A stretch of 64,000 nt of DNA from positions 88,166,001 to 88,230,000 of the forward strand of contig NC_045697.1 in the NCBI RefSeq assembly GCF_009834535.1. Direction: 5' to 3'. Origin of the DNA: Camelus ferus. Lineage: Eukaryota. Shown in pieces: positions 1 to 13,980 of the stretch; position 1 is the first letter of the stretch; each line of letters begins with the position of its first letter. Position numbers and translations under genes: made by a program. The notes under the pieces were generated by a model. The model had not been told where the DNA came from. It did no database searches and was given only the letters and a program-made list of their open reading frames with translations.

Positions 1-537
1 CCCCACCAAGCCTTGCAACTGCTGAGGGCAGCACAGAAGAAACCCCTGTGGGGCATGTGACGTTGTTACAGGAAAAGCATCTCTGTGGCCCTCTTAGGAG
101 TACCTATCAGGGTCTTCAAAGTACTTAATTAAGGGCAATGCAAAGGGACCACACTGAGGCAGAGAATGAGGGATTTAAGTGTGTTTTTTGTGCCACTGGT
201 TCTTGACTCCTGAATCAAAATAGCCCAAGGTTAGGAGGTATCAAGAAATCTCTCGGTGTTAATCCAAACAGGCCGTTTGAGAGGAACCATTGCCATTGTG
301 AATAAGTAGCAGCAAACAGTCACAGGACAGGAGGGCCCTCACAAGCTCACAAAGCAGTCCTTTATTTTCCTACTGCTTTCTGGGACTGAATCCCCCTTCC
401 TGCACCACCGCGGGACCTCCAGGAAACAGAGATACTAACATTAAAGTTCAGATGTTTTCTGGCTCAGATTACAGTCATGAAAGCCAAGTTTTCTTTTTCA
501 TAACAAATTCTAATCTTGAGTGTCTATTCATCTTAAT

Positions 538-564
538 ACACACACACACACACACACACACACA
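538..564. repeat. (CA)n microsatellite
   Basis: Uninterrupted AC run read directly. Confidence 0.97.
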
Positions 565-1349
565 TTAGTGAGCCTGTAGAGTTAAGCCTTCTGTCCAAGC
601 AAGCTTTCAGTCGGTCACTGACACTCCTCACCCCCATCCTCTCTGTTGGCTGAGAATTGACAGCAGGAGCTCTTAAATGAAACCAGTTCACACACACAGT
701 GGAAAGCCTTGAAGTCCCTGAGTGTCTATGTCCGCTTTTGTCAGGGGGAACACAGTGTGTTTGTAAACACGTGGCATGAAAAGAAGGTCCCGGCCAGGAC
801 AGCAAGCCCATGGCCACTGATTTCCCGTTTGTCTCTGACGGTATGTTACCCCAGCGACTGATGGAGGAAACACTCTCTGAGAGAACAACCAGCACTCCTT
901 TTCCTATTTATAAGTTCTGCGTTTGGCAAGTAAGATAAAATTTTAAAACCTTCTAAATGTTCTTAATAGAAATTTTGTATGCCCCTGTTCTTGTCTTCAT
1001 TCACTTCCCTCCTTCCTTCTCTCTCTAGAAAGGAGGGAAAAAGAGATAGTGATGGAGAGGGAGAAGGAGTTGGGGGTGAGGGGGGAGAGCTGGTGGGGAA
1101 GAGAGAGAATTCTTGGAATTCTTCTTCCATATTTTGATCTGCTAAAAACTATACTGCACTGGGTTTACACAGGAGAAACTTTGGGAAAAGCTCATGCAGC
1201 ACCTGCAGAGCTTCATGAATAAGCTCCACCTCCATAGCGTAGAGTGGCCTGCTGGGTGAGTCTGTGGACCTCAGATGCCTTTTATTTGTCCTAGAGACAG
1301 ATAGAAATGAATTGGCACATGCTGCATAGGAAGTACTGTTGGACATGTA

Positions 1350-1500
1350 CGTTATTTTACCCTCTTTGAAGTAGGGTTGAACCCACACAGAAACAGAAAA
1401 TGAAGAGTTGAGGTGAAGTAACTTCTTGCCCTTGGTCAGACTGTCAGATTCAGGGCCTGGTCTGTTGGATTCCAAACACAGTCCCCATACTATAAAGTCT
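1350..1500 (-). mobile_element. MIR SINE fragment
   Basis: Degenerate MIR core in reverse orientation (gaggtgaagtaacttcttgcccttggtc...ggattccaaa). Confidence 0.55.
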
Positions 1501-1643
1501 CTCCACACTGAGATGCCTAGTCCCTGAAGTAGAGCAGAAATAAGATAACAGGGACTTTAAAGAGGATATATCAAAATAAGGAAATTATCACTGAGAAAAC
1601 TGAGCATTTAACTACTTAACTGTCTTGTTCACTGCTTATAGGA

Positions 1644-1910
1644 TTTTTTTTTCATTTTTTCTTGCTTTAATTTTTATTGTGGAAAATTTAAAACATGCAG
1701 AATTAGAGACAGCAGAATAATAAACGCTATGTACCCACCTTTAACGAGGACCAGCTTATGGGCAAAATCCCATACACAGTATTATTTGTATTAGTATATA
1801 TTATAATACATTATACTCTTAGTATATATAACATTATATTATAATATTATCTGTTACGTATTATACTATATTTCAGTGTGTATCTCTGAAAGATAAGGAC
1901 TCTAAAAATA
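1644..1910 (-). mobile_element. Old L1 3' end fragment containing an AT-rich low-complexity tract (~1780-1870)
   Basis: T-rich tail followed by tttattgtggaaaattttaaaacatgcag...aataaacgctatgtacccacc, resembling reversed L1MC/ME 3' ends. Confidence 0.55.
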
Positions 1911-2080
1911 TCGTTACAAAATTTGGGTAAATTTTAACAAGAAGCAAGAAATCTGCTCTTTTGATGAGAAGCAAGAAAAAAAAATTAGTCACAGTGTGAT
2001 GGATAATAATGACCTTTCAAAGTCTAGCATATATATTACTGTAAAATGGAAAGAGTATTCAGTAAAAATAATCATATGAC

Positions 2081-2142
2081 ATTTTTTCACTTTCACTTTT
2101 TATTGAAGAATAGTTGACTTACAATGTTAGTTTCAGATGTAC
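2081..2142 (-). mobile_element. Very short L1 3' terminal fragment (artiodactyl type)
   Basis: ttttattgaagaatagttgacttacaatgttagtttcagatgtac matches the reverse of an L1 3' terminus with poly(A) signal. Confidence 0.6.
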
Positions 2143-2825
2143 TCATTTTTATGTTTATATTCATGGTCACACAAAACAATGAAAAAATTCTTATTTTGGA
2201 GTAGTGATTTCCAAGCTACTGTGTCATTAAATATTTTACATTCTCCATCTCACAGCAGCCATTACTAAACAAATGGCAGCCCAAAACATTTTTACCTACA
2301 TACCAATTTCCTCTTAGTATATGTCGTCTCTTTGTCAGAAGTCCTCAAACAATATTGACTGATACATTTGGGCCTTTGATAGCTGCTGTCTGTACATTTT
2401 TTTTTTTTTTACCATCAAAAGATTACCTTAATATTCTGAAAAGTGCTCAGATTTCTCATTATGCTGGTCAAACGCTTAAACATTTTATTAATTAATGGGC
2501 CATTTCCTCCACAATCTCAGCTGTAGGTAATGCCTTTTAAATTTTTTAAATTATTAAAAATTTAATTTGGGGGATTTACCATTATGTTAGGATCCACTCA
2601 GTTTTTTTTAAAAATTACCATTCCTTCATAAAAATCTTTTCTTTAGTATTAACACTACCATTCATACTTCATATTGCTATGGTACATGTTATTACAATCA
2701 ACTCACATCATTAATAATTTATTACATAACTAAAGGATGTCTATCAAGATGTGTCTTAATTTCTACCCATATTAGTACTCTAAATTTTACATAAATCTGT
2801 AGCTTCATTAGTTTTTTAAATTTAG

Positions 2826-3711
2826 CAGAGACATATTTACCGTGATTTAGCCTTTCACTTACACAGGCTCTTTCCCAGAAGGATTCCTAGAAACATTCAC
2901 AAAGTCATAATAAGTTTTGTGATATTTGTAATAGTAAGACATTTCAACCACAGTTAATTAAGACTGCCGTCTCCTTCCATCCCAACTTTCCCCCTAATGT
3001 CAGGCAATGATGGAGTGGCCACAAACATATTTGGAATCTGGCTAAAGAAAAGTTACCTTGAGGATACTTTGAGTTTGGGTTTAGTGGGATATATCTATGT
3101 GGTTTGTGGTCACTTAAGTATGCAGATAAATGATTACTAACTGCCTGGATGCAGAGATAACTTCCAGGAATCCTCTTAATGCTCCTTGACTCAAAGGAAC
3201 AGACTTAGAGGTTCTTTGATTGTGGTCAATTCAAAAAGCATTGTGACTACATTGCTCATGGAAACTTGAAATGCCTTAATCGTAAGGTCTTATATGAAAG
3301 GCACTGGGTAGAGATTTCCACCTATACTTGACAGCAATTCTTTATAACATTATTAATAGTGATTTATGAGGCTAAGTGAAACATTTTAAACTATCAAAAA
3401 ATACATTTTCAAGTGTACCAAATCAAAGACTAAATTATCTCCCTGATCTCTCTAGAAAATATTACAAAGTTATTGTCATATAAAGAGTAAATCAAAAAAT
3501 TAGGGACAGTCAATAAATTAATACAACTATTATGCTTTTTCAGCATTTTGATGCTTATTGTATTTGTAATCTTGGAAAAATTTGGGCCCTATTGAGACTT
3601 TTCTTATTCTCAGTAAGTATTTATATATAGCTAATTTTGCATTTGCAAGTTTGTTATCTTTCTTTGAGACATCTCCAGTTTCCATACTTGCAAAAAACTG
3701 GATTCAACCCT
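2826..3711 (+). mobile_element. hAT-Tip100 DNA transposon, Zaphod/MER115-like internal-deletion derivative
   Basis: Starts cagagacatatttaccgtga and ends aaaactggattcaaccct. 3310-3510 resembles the decayed C-terminal dimerisation region of a hAT transposase (gaaacattttaaactatcaa...agactaaattatct...ttgtcatataaagag). Confidence 0.7.
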
Positions 3712-6151
3712 CCATGACAGAAAACCAAAACAATTCAACTTATTTTCCTAAGAAGATTACATATTTATTTCAAATTAAAATTTTAAAGTTTTGTTTAAAT
3801 TTTTCCTTCTTTATTTAAATAGATTTTTATCAAGATGAAGGACATTCATATAGTTGCTCTTTATATGGCAATTCTGATATGTTGCTTCGTAGCCTCTCAA
3901 ACTAAATCCAAGCAAATGGTTTACAACTTTTCTAAAACTCAGTTTTGCTATCTGTTAAATGGGTAATGAATTAGACAGCCTACTTTCTATTCCCTCTGGT
4001 CTCTTTTGTTATGCATTTTGCTAAGTGAGAATAAAGACAAATAAACACACATCACAAATAATATATGGTGTATGTTATAATATACATTAACTTAGGACAG
4101 GTTTCCAATTTCTCTGTGGTTTAACTTTTCCAAAATAACGTGAGACAATTGAAATATGCCTCACAGGGAAGCTTAGAGGGTTAGTAACATGATACTAATA
4201 TAAAGGCTTAGAAGAAAAGTGGCCCCTAAGAGTGAGGTAGAATTATACATCATGTGTCCCCAGCAAATTGGATTATTTCAGAATGGCTATAGGCCCTTAG
4301 TTTCATGAATAATCCTTTAAAAGCAAAGAGATAAACCTTGGAGGTTAAGTTACTGCTTGATGAAATCCTTGAAATGACCAGATTTGGAATTCAGATTCTG
4401 TTGTACGTCAGAGATGTGAAAAAGTTACAACTACTGTTTCTTGTACTTGTCCAGAATACTGTCTTATTATTCTCTCTCCTCTCTCCATAAACTAGAGTTA
4501 ATTAGGCAAAGCAACTTTTTACATATGTTCTACAGTCATATACGGTGGCTGTTACTGGGTAAAAGGGGTGAATACGTTTCCATGCACCACTGGTCATGGC
4601 CTTAAATTCTTAGTCATTTCTATTTCTTTCCTATTCATCCAATATCTCTGATAAAATAATAAAACGCAGCAGTTACCGTTTTAAACATTTACTCATGTTG
4701 CTCATGTGTTATAAAATGATAATACTGAGAACAAATTTCAAAGAAGTAACCTTTTTTAGTACACTTTAGTTTTTACCAACCATTGCAAATTTAAGTCGTG
4801 TTCTAACTCATTCAAGGCATTTTCCAAAATTCAGAGTCACTCAGTGACTCTCTGTGGACTCCCAGTGCTAGTGCTTCGGTGCTGAAAACAGCCTCAGTAG
4901 ACGTAGCCCTCAGAGAAAGTGCTCTTTAAATTTATCTGGGAGAAAAGTGTTTATTCCTTTATAAATACCACTCACAGCTGATTAGGGACAAAGTATTAAG
5001 ATGCCTTTTTAGGACTTCTGATTAGCTCTCAGTTCACCCAGACTAGGTTTCCTAATTTTTACAGCTTTCTGCTCCAAGTGGCCTCAGGTAGGAGAAAAAT
5101 ATTCACCTCAGTTTATAGATCTTTTCAGGAGGCAATATCACATTCCAGATCTGCTCAAACCTCTAAAAGGGTCTCTTTCTGGTAAAAAGTGTTTGTTTTC
5201 TTTAATTTCTCTACTTTCTAAGAGATTCCTATCCTATAAAATGACCAACTGGCATAAAAGTTAATATATACTAAAGTACTTTCTTTTATAAGTTCTTCAG
5301 GCTTCTGCTGTTTCATAACTATTCCTTTCCAGAACCTTCTGGCACCAATTTACTTCTTAAAGGAACCTTAGATTTTTATCATAGCTTTTCTTTTAAAAAT
5401 GACTTGAACCACAAACTCAAGTTTTGAAGAGTTTATAGAAGTTTCCTCACTTAGCTGAAGAGCCCATAGTCTAAACAAAAACTCAAATATAAAGGCTCTC
5501 TTGATAACCAGAAAAATGATATTGCTGGAAATTGCTCAGATTCTACTGATATTGCAACCCAGTCCCAGCAACATAAAATGAATATTTGTGTGGATATTCT
5601 GTTATGAAAACAGGTTTCCTTTGGTTTTCCCTGGTAATTATGTATTGTTTTGGCAGTGCTTGGTAAAAGAAACACAGCTACATGTCTGGATAAAATTTTC
5701 TTAGATGTAAATTTCTCTTCTGTTATTTCCCTTACCTCCCATTTGCAATTCTGTGTTGCTTTATGGAGCATCTGTGACACTGTTAGCTTTATTTCTCTAA
5801 GCAAATAGGGTCATTTACTCAAGTTCTGCTCCAATAGCTTGAAAAGTTCCCATTAAACACCCAGGTATCTTCCTAATTAAAGCAAATACTGAACTCCTAA
5901 AGGCCCACTGGAAAATTCCGCTGATGTTTGAGACTGTGGGCAAATCAGCACTGAGGGCTTCTGCTTAAGCTTCTTTAAACCACAAAGGCATTTCTTAGAA
6001 TGTGAGCCAGGTACTTAACTGGTGTAACTTTTCCAAAGAATTCCGAAGTAACTCTTAGCTTCTTGAGTTAATGGATCAAAGGCTGTAAATAAGACCATAT
6101 CTCAGGAAAGAATCTCTGGAAGAAGCTTACTGCACAATATTTTGTTGAATG

Positions 6152-6194
6152 CATACATACATACATACATACATACATACATACATACATACAT
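6152..6194. repeat. (CATA)n tetranucleotide microsatellite
   Basis: About 10 perfect units read directly. Confidence 0.97.
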
Positions 6195-6679
6195 TCATAG
6201 TTTCGAGGAAAAACCATCCTTAATTAGAACAGACTTTAGTGTGGGTATTAAAAATAGTCTAACCTGAAACTCTTAAAGGAGCAAAATCCAAACTGGTATA
6301 TTTGTATTGATTTAAGTATACATGACCTCTGCAATAGTCCTGGTTAAACGCCCCTTAATGGAGACAGCCAATTGCTTTTGAATCACCTCTTCACTGAAGG
6401 TAATCATGAATAATGCCAGACATGTGTTTCTCTTCAGGATGTTAACAAAAATTCCAGATTCAAAATATGTGAAAAGAGGTATGAGACATGTCTCCTTTGG
6501 AGCTGTTCCTGCAGGCAAGCCCACATTTTATTGCTTTTGCTCTACCAGGCAGAGCCATGCTTCACACAGAGGAGGCTGATGTTTGTGTACCATTCCCACA
6601 GCCTCCTCTTGTCTCAGTGTTCTGAGTGTTTCCTCATACCAATCCACAAGTTATCATTTGAACATGTGAACTTGGTTGG

Positions 6680-7110
6680 AAAAAATCTTCAAGTGCTCTC
6701 AATTTCTTACAGAAGAAAATTCAGAAGTCTGCAACCTGGTTTACAAATCCTGATCTGGTTTGGCTCTTTCCTGACTGATCTGTCCCCGAGTGTTCTGCCC
6801 TTCTTCTCGTACCCCAGGGCCTTACCCTGTCTAAACACACCCTGCTCTCTCCAATGCCTGCCCTTGACTCAAGCTGTTCTTACTGTCTGAAAGGGCTTTT
6901 ATTCCATGGATACCCTTCAGGTATCAGTTCATGCAACACCTTCCCCAAAGACACCTTCTCAAATACCCCTATGCACAAAGAATCTCCCTCTTTCACATCT
7001 TATGGCATTTATAACTGGTATGTATTTATAAAACCTATTGCACGATGCCTTATGTGGGTGTTTGAATGTGTTTCAGTCTTCACCACTGCATCATAATCTA
7101 GAACACAGAG
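6680..7110 (+). mobile_element. L2 LINE 3' fragment
   Basis: Pyrimidine-rich L2-like sequence (aaatcctgatctgg...ctaaacacaccctgctctc...gctgttcttactgtctgaa...caccttccc). Confidence 0.6.
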
Positions 7111-7556
7111 TTCTATATTTTAACCACATTTATAGGAACTTTTATGACTTCCTCTCACTGCTTACCCATCCATGGCCTCAAAAGGAGCTTTGCATCTTAA
7201 AATTATTTTCTCCTGAGTTGAATTATGATTGCATAGCTGCTTCTGACAGTAGCTTTTTATGTATCAATTAAGAAGTTAGTTTAGAGTACTCAAATACATA
7301 AGGAATACTTTGATTAATAAAAAAGCATGTCGGTGAAGAATACACTTGGCAAAATTTTCTACTCTCATCTGATTCACTATAAAATACAGAAGCATTCCCT
7401 CAAATATTGAAGACCTGATTGCTGGGAATACTTTGTGCTGATATATGTAAATGTCATCTGTCTTCAATTTATGCTTTTTTCAAAATAACAATTAAAATAA
7501 TTGTAACAAAAATGTGTACACGGGCAATACCAAAAAAAAAAAAAGTCGTAAAAAAG

Positions 7557-7924
7557 AGTCTTTTCATCAGTTTGGACTGCTATAACTATAGACCAGGTGG
7601 CTTGTAAACAACAGAAATTTATTTCTCACTGTTCTGGAGGCTGGAACTCCAAGACTGAGGTGCCAGCATGGTTGAGTTCTGGTGATGGCTTTCTTGTAGA
7701 CTGCAGACTGCTGACTCCTTGTGTCTCCACATGGAGAGCACACAAGGGGAGCAGGTTCTTTCGTGACTCTCGTAAGTGCACCAGTCCCACTTCTGAGGGC
7801 CCCATCATCACGACCTCATCTAAGCCTGATTAATTCCCAAAGGTCCCACCGCCTAATACTGTCACACTGGGGAGTAGGGCACCAACATATGGTTTTGGCA
7901 GGGATGACACATTCAGTCCATACA
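7557..7924 (-). mobile_element. MaLR solo LTR, MLT1A-like, inserted in an old minus-strand L1 fragment (~7450-8020)
   Basis: Diagnostic ggcttgtaaacaacagaaatttatttctcactgttctggaggctgg...ccaacatatggttttgg...acattcagtccataca. Confidence 0.88.
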
Positions 7925-8036
7925 GAGAGTAAAGTAGAAATTATGTCTACCCCACGTTTGTTCCCCATTTCTCCTTACTAGAGGCAATTTTACCAGTTTC
8001 TTGTGTATCCTTACGTAGAATTCATTCTCTTCCTCC

Positions 8037-8056
8037 CTCTCTCTCTCTCTCTCTCT
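8037..8056. repeat. (CT)n microsatellite
   Basis: Read directly. Confidence 0.9.
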
Positions 8057-11000
8057 GAATTGATCATGGTGTTCTGTTTTAAAGTTAGAATGTTTGCTTG
8101 ATTTGGAAGAAATGTTGGTTTTCCTTAGCTCATGTAACTACCAATAAATTCCTAAATTCATTAAATATTATCTTCAAAACAAGCGAGTTCTCAGAGCGCT
8201 GCTGTTCGTCTCTGTCCTCACTGTTTATGTTCACGCACATCCAGTGAGAGGGTATTTGTCCTCTTGCGGATCCTCTGTAGCAGACAGAATAACAAAACAC
8301 AGAATTATCTCTTGAGTGTCTCCAACGTAGCCAGTATAGCTCTATATCAGGCATTCTTTATGTGTTGTATTAGTTAATCTCCACAACAAAGATAGAGACC
8401 ATTGCCTCTCATCCCTAGACATAGATGCAGAATGAGGTTTAAGATTCAAAGGCTGGCCAGTAACTGGAATGCAGTTCAACACAGGTTTATCAGACTCCAA
8501 CTTGAAGTAGAATCTTGAGTTATGGGATTATGTGACTCCATTATTTGGCTCTATCACTTTCTAACATCCTTCTTTCCTTTCCTCAGTCCTTCCTTCCTTT
8601 CTTCCTTCTTTTTGCAGTTAGTCAATATCATTATGATCTATCTTTCTATCTACATATCTAGCTACCTATCTATCAGATGGCTACAGAATTTTTATAAAAA
8701 TGCAATCTGAGGGGTATTTATAAGTAGCTTGTGAAGAAAAAAAAACTAAAAATGTTCTGGATGAAATTATCCTTAATATCTTACTCCTCAATTTCAAAAT
8801 CTTTAGGGTTAAATTTTAAAAATGTCTTGGAAATTCATATGCAGTAAATTTCACCTAAGAATTTCAGGGTTGTAGGCTTGTCACAATAATAGCATGAAAG
8901 CTAATTCCTTATGAATAACCAAACATTGATGAAATCAATAACATACTGAGAAAAGAAAGACTACAGTGCAGTACACTTGACCTTTTACTTGCTTGAGTGA
9001 TTGACCCGGAACCCTTTCTGAACTTGTCTTCATCTCTCTTAGTTCCTCTATTATCATATTAAGATACATTTTAAGTTTTGTTTCTCTTATTTGAAACTTA
9101 ACAGCCATAACTAAATGAGGCATAAACCTAATATTGATGTCTTTATCATTTCTCTTTGTTTAGTATTTGGCAATAATTAAATTATATATTGATTTATCAG
9201 ATATTTAAAGAGACTGAAAATAAGAAAGTATACTGGAAAATGTTGTTGATCCAGTCTCAGAATGTGACATGGATTAAGCCTTTTTTTTTTCTACATTCCT
9301 TTAGTCTGCTCATTTATTCATTATATTAATAGGCAATCTATTTAGAATATGAAACAGAATAAGTCACTGTGCATCATTATCACTGTTACTGTTACTTTGC
9401 ACCTTGGTCTCTTTGTCTATGGTGAACATTGAGCCAGCTGAGCACTCTCCATGGTTATTTCAGGGACTAAAATTCCATCCTATTTTGTCTTAAGAACTGG
9501 TGTTTTTAGACTCTGTGAAAGTTGGGACTGCTGGGAAGGAGGAGAATTTTATAAAGGCACACATGGAACTCACTAGAGGATGGACTTCTTAGCTTTATGG
9601 CTTCCTTGAGCTCTCAACTTGAGTCTTCTATGCTGCCTGGTCTTTGATTAAATAGGATCTCTGATATCAGAGGAAATAAAGAAGAGCAAGTTCTGGCATG
9701 AAAAGCATTTTGCATTTCCTTTGGACATTTGGGACTCTGAGTAAGTCATGGCACCTCACCTCTGGTGATTTGATGATTCCATCCATTTTTAGCAATATCT
9801 TCTGTCTCCGTAACACAGTTTGGGACACCATTATCTTATCTAGAATACAGCTATGACTACTAGCATTAGCTCTGCTCTGTTATAGAATTTATATGAAAGG
9901 TTTTAAGTATTTAAATTCAGCTATAACACCATGTCTGGTTAATCGTCAACTAAGAAGTGTTGATGGCAAAATATATAAAGCCTATTACTACTCTAATAGT
10001 TTATTCTAAATAGTTTGCAGAAGAGCAGTTAATGTGGAGGAATCAAGGTATTAATTTGAAAGATTAAAAAGAGATCTGACTTTCTTGTTTCTCTGAGCTG
10101 GCCAGACAGGTCCTCTAGGTAGTTGCTTACTCGGCAAGAACTAGAGCATCCGTGGGAGAAGTCAGTACCTTGAGGATAAGATTAATTTGCAACATGTCAA
10201 GCTCTAACACTGCAAATTTGCCAAAGGCATGGGATCTTTCTTCACATATTTTATACTATGTTTTATCCATAGTCTGAACTGTTCTGCCAAGCATTTATTC
10301 AGTATCATTAAACTGATAAATGGTCTTCAAGGTATTTTCTGCAACCATCCTGTAAACTCTGCTGATGTAGCCTTTCCCAGAATGGATAGCTGTGAAAGGC
10401 ATTGGAATGACAGTCAAATTTGAAGATTTAGTCAAAAAAATGTTGCATAAATTTAAAGCTATAAAGTCTGTCTACCAAAGACAATTTCTTTTCACATTTT
10501 TCCTTTGAGGCTTTCAGTTGTCTTTGCTGAAAGATGCATATATTAAAGCTGTACAAATGTGATAAACTCAAGTCAGTGTAGGGGTATAGCAGAATTACAC
10601 TTAAAATTTAATAATTGACTGTCCTTCATGGAGTCACCATGACAAACTACAGAAGCTAGAAAGCTGCGTTTTTTCTATTGTGTTTCGTTATGTTTCCTCC
10701 AGTGCAGTTTGATTTTTATCAGTAGGTTGTTGACATCATTTCCTTTCTAAGTGACCATTGTTTAACTCTGGCGGAGACGGACGGGAAGAGGGCAATATAT
10801 TTATTTATGTAAAAGGTTCTCATCGGGAAAATGTTTTCTTGGGTACTTTATTTCCTCATTGTCAAATGTAAGGTTCTTATAAAAAGGTAGTCGCAGTGTT
10901 TTATATCTAACACAAAAGCACAGCAGTTTGTTTCTGGTCATGGAGCTTTCCCTTACCTCCATATCACTTTTGATAGACGTATTTTATTTTGGATATTACT

Positions 11001-11469
11001 TTTTATCCTCTCATAAATTCCAGAAAGATATTTTGACATTAGGATCCCCTGAAATTAAAAAAAGAAAAGGAAAGGAAACACAATGTTTAGTGAAGACTGA
11101 GTTGTCTTCCATAATTCAACAGTCTATTCTTAGCGCAAATCCAGCTAAAATGGAAAGGATTAAACTCTAAGTTGATCAAAAGATTGGAGGAGGCTTGGGG
11201 TTTCAGTTAGACTTAGAGGCTGAGTTAGAAAGCAGCAAGAATGGAATAGTAATGAAAACGTGTATGATTCCCTGAAGTACGCTTTAATCCCTTTTTTTCC
11301 CCCTCATTGCCATGGTTTCTTTTTCAGAAACGGGGTTCAGAAAATAAAGGCAAAATGTGATCTTTTGGATGAGCCTAGAGGTCATTTTTCTCTATGTCTT
11401 TAATGATAGTGTAAGAGATATTTCCTTGGGCATTAGTAAATCTAAGGTTAATTTTTTGAAATAATATTA

Positions 11470-11695
11470 TTAAACATTTACTGATGCTTACCTGTGTTTT
11501 GATCACTCACCTAAGAACTAACTCAGTATTTTACCCTACAACAACACTGGGAGAGGTCGGTTCAATCATCAGCCCATATCAGAGGACAGGGAACACTCAG
11601 GCTTGTTTAAGATTATGCATTTGGTACATTGCAGATCTAGGATTTAAACCAGCACGCTGACTTCAGAACCTGCACTCTTAAAACTGTTATACTGC
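11470..11695 (-). mobile_element. MIR SINE
   Basis: aacatttactgatgcttacctgtg...ccctacaacaacactgggagagg...ctaggatttaaacc...tgacttcagaacctgcactctta. Confidence 0.75.
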
Positions 11696-12349
11696 TTACC
11701 TAATGTGAGGCACTGTTCACCAAGCAAACTTGTTCTCCACGAAAATTACTTAAATATATTTAAGAGAACATAATATAAAAATATACATGCTTGTGTCTTC
11801 ACTATCACCTCTCCCTCTAAGAAAACAAAATATTTATCACCAGGGATCCAGGCACTGTTCTAAGCCTTGGAGACACAGCAGTGAATCATATAGAGGTTTT
11901 TCTCTCGTTACCTCTCAAAGCCTGGTAGTAGAGGAGAACTACGCTACATACTTATTTTTTGGGTTGTATAATTTTTAAAATAATAACTCCAGATTCACTG
12001 AGGATGACAAATTCAAATAGTTTCAAGAATAATTCTTAAATAAATTTGCATGTGGCCAACATGCAAGTCTTACTCTATATGCAGTAAGCGTAAGTGATTT
12101 CTGTGCATGATCACATAATGATCAATTATTCATATTGTTCTGTAAAGAAAATGTCTGTGCCATTTCACCAAGTACACTACAAAATCTGGCTGACAGGTGC
12201 ATGATAACTGTCATCCCCATAGCATCCTAATGAACTTTTTCTTCAACTCATAGTCTCAACGACATCACAGATACTGACAAAGTAGCCCTTTGATGTGAAA
12301 ACCATTGTGATAGAATGGGAAAAAAACAAACAAATAAACATAGGCTAGA

Positions 12350-12500
12350 GGGTGGTTTCATACCACCACTGGGACTTTAAACTGTGTCCTCATCTGTCAA
12401 AATACGGCTACATGGCTCTTATTTCGTGGGGTAGGTAGTTTCAAGATGAAATGAGATATAAGTGAAGCACCTACAGGGTATGTCGCTAGCACGGTGGCTG
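12350..12500 (+). mobile_element. MIR SINE fragment
   Basis: cctcatctgtcaaaat...agatgaaatgagatataagtgaagcacct. Confidence 0.6.
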
Positions 12501-13829
12501 TCATTGCAGGGGCTCACAGTGACCCCCAGTCGCTTGCTGAGCCCCATGTCTTTCAATATTCATGGCCACATCTACACTGGCTTAGTAGGGTTTCTACCAA
12601 GAATACTGTTGTTATGATCATGGTGGAAATGTATTTGGATGGAAATAGTATTACAAAGTCAAAGTAAAGCAGGCTAGGCTCGTCTCTTTTGTGTTCTCTC
12701 CAGACGCCTGTAGGAGAGGCTGTCCTCTGCTCTCCTGCCATTGTGTCTTCCTACTGGAATTTCATAATGAGAAATGGATACTCAGCTGGCTAGTCCTGGC
12801 TTCCAGGACAAAGACTCTCTATTTAGGTGTTTCATGTGTAGATATTGTGCCTATAAGGAGAACATTTCAAAAGATTAAAATTAAAGCACGCACACACACC
12901 AGAGAAGCCCTGGCCCGAGCCCTTACCAGATCATTCTTTCTCCTTGTCTGTGACCACTGAAGCCTTCTTCAGAGGTTTTAAAATCCAACTTTTCATGAAA
13001 GTATGAACCCAGAAATAGAAGATGTCTTGCTTAGAGCCTGGTGTGCAACTCAAATGTCGTCACTTCCAAACCGTCATTTTTTTCCAGGCAACACAGTGTC
13101 AGTAATGTGTACGTAACTACACAGAGCTGAGCAGACCTGTGGCCTAATCTCTGCGCTGTTCGCGTTTAGCAAGATAGCAGCCCAAGGACTTTGAACAATC
13201 GTATCTATCTTTACTGTGGTTTTCCCTTCAGAAGAAGTTCTGAGGATTTATAGGGGACTTAATCCAACATATCTTCAGAAATCTTATCTGGAGCCATTTC
13301 TCCCATCTCCAAAGTTTAATTTCTGCGACAGGAGCTAAAATTGTGCTCAACAGCTACCTGCGGTGCCCATGTATGTGACCCCTCACCACTCTTCTCCATC
13401 CCCTTCCATTACTTCCTGACTCTTAACTTGTCCTGTTCCCTCTAGTGGGAAAAGTCACTCTTCTCTGAGACTGATGCTCTTAAAGCAAGGAACACCTCCT
13501 CTATAATCAGGGGAATAATGTCCTTCATCATCTTGGTATTTGACTTACATTTATAATTAGTACATATCTCAGCTGTCTTCTACAAACTTTTAAATATTAA
13601 CATGGAAAATAAAATTAGTCAAGTAATTATTTTCTCAGTCAGTGGTCAGGGCGAAGTAGGCTGTTATGAGGAAGAACTCCCTTCACTGACCTCAAGCCAT
13701 TATAACCTCACTCTGAATCATTGTTGACCAAGAAATGAAACAAAACTTGGGTTATAAGGGTATAGTCAGGGTTACTAGGACATCTCTGGTTTAGAGTTAC
13801 TGCATTTTCTCTTTATTTTTTGATTGTCT

Positions 13830-13980
13830 TTCTATGTGATTGTTTCCCCTGCTAGACTGGGAGATACTTGGGGCAGAACTGTGTCTTACTGATTATTTTG
13901 TTCCGCAGGCCTGGTATTTTGTCTAGGATAAATTGGCCACTCACTAAATGGTCAGGAAAGAATAAATGGATGAACAAATG
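13830..13980 (+). mobile_element. L2 3' end
   Basis: cccctgctagactgggagatacttggggcagaactgtgtctt...cactcactaaat...gaataaatggatgaac (TGAA-type tail). Confidence 0.7.

Noticed and set aside
533..895. 120-aa ORF ending in CVCVCV (similar ORFs at 24559, 44819 and 56480)
   Set aside because: They read through dinucleotide microsatellites and show no homology I recognise.
4833..4851. Perfect 9+1+9 palindrome agagtcact-c-agtgactct
   Set aside because: A single stem of this length is not unexpected in 64 kb, and there is no supporting context.
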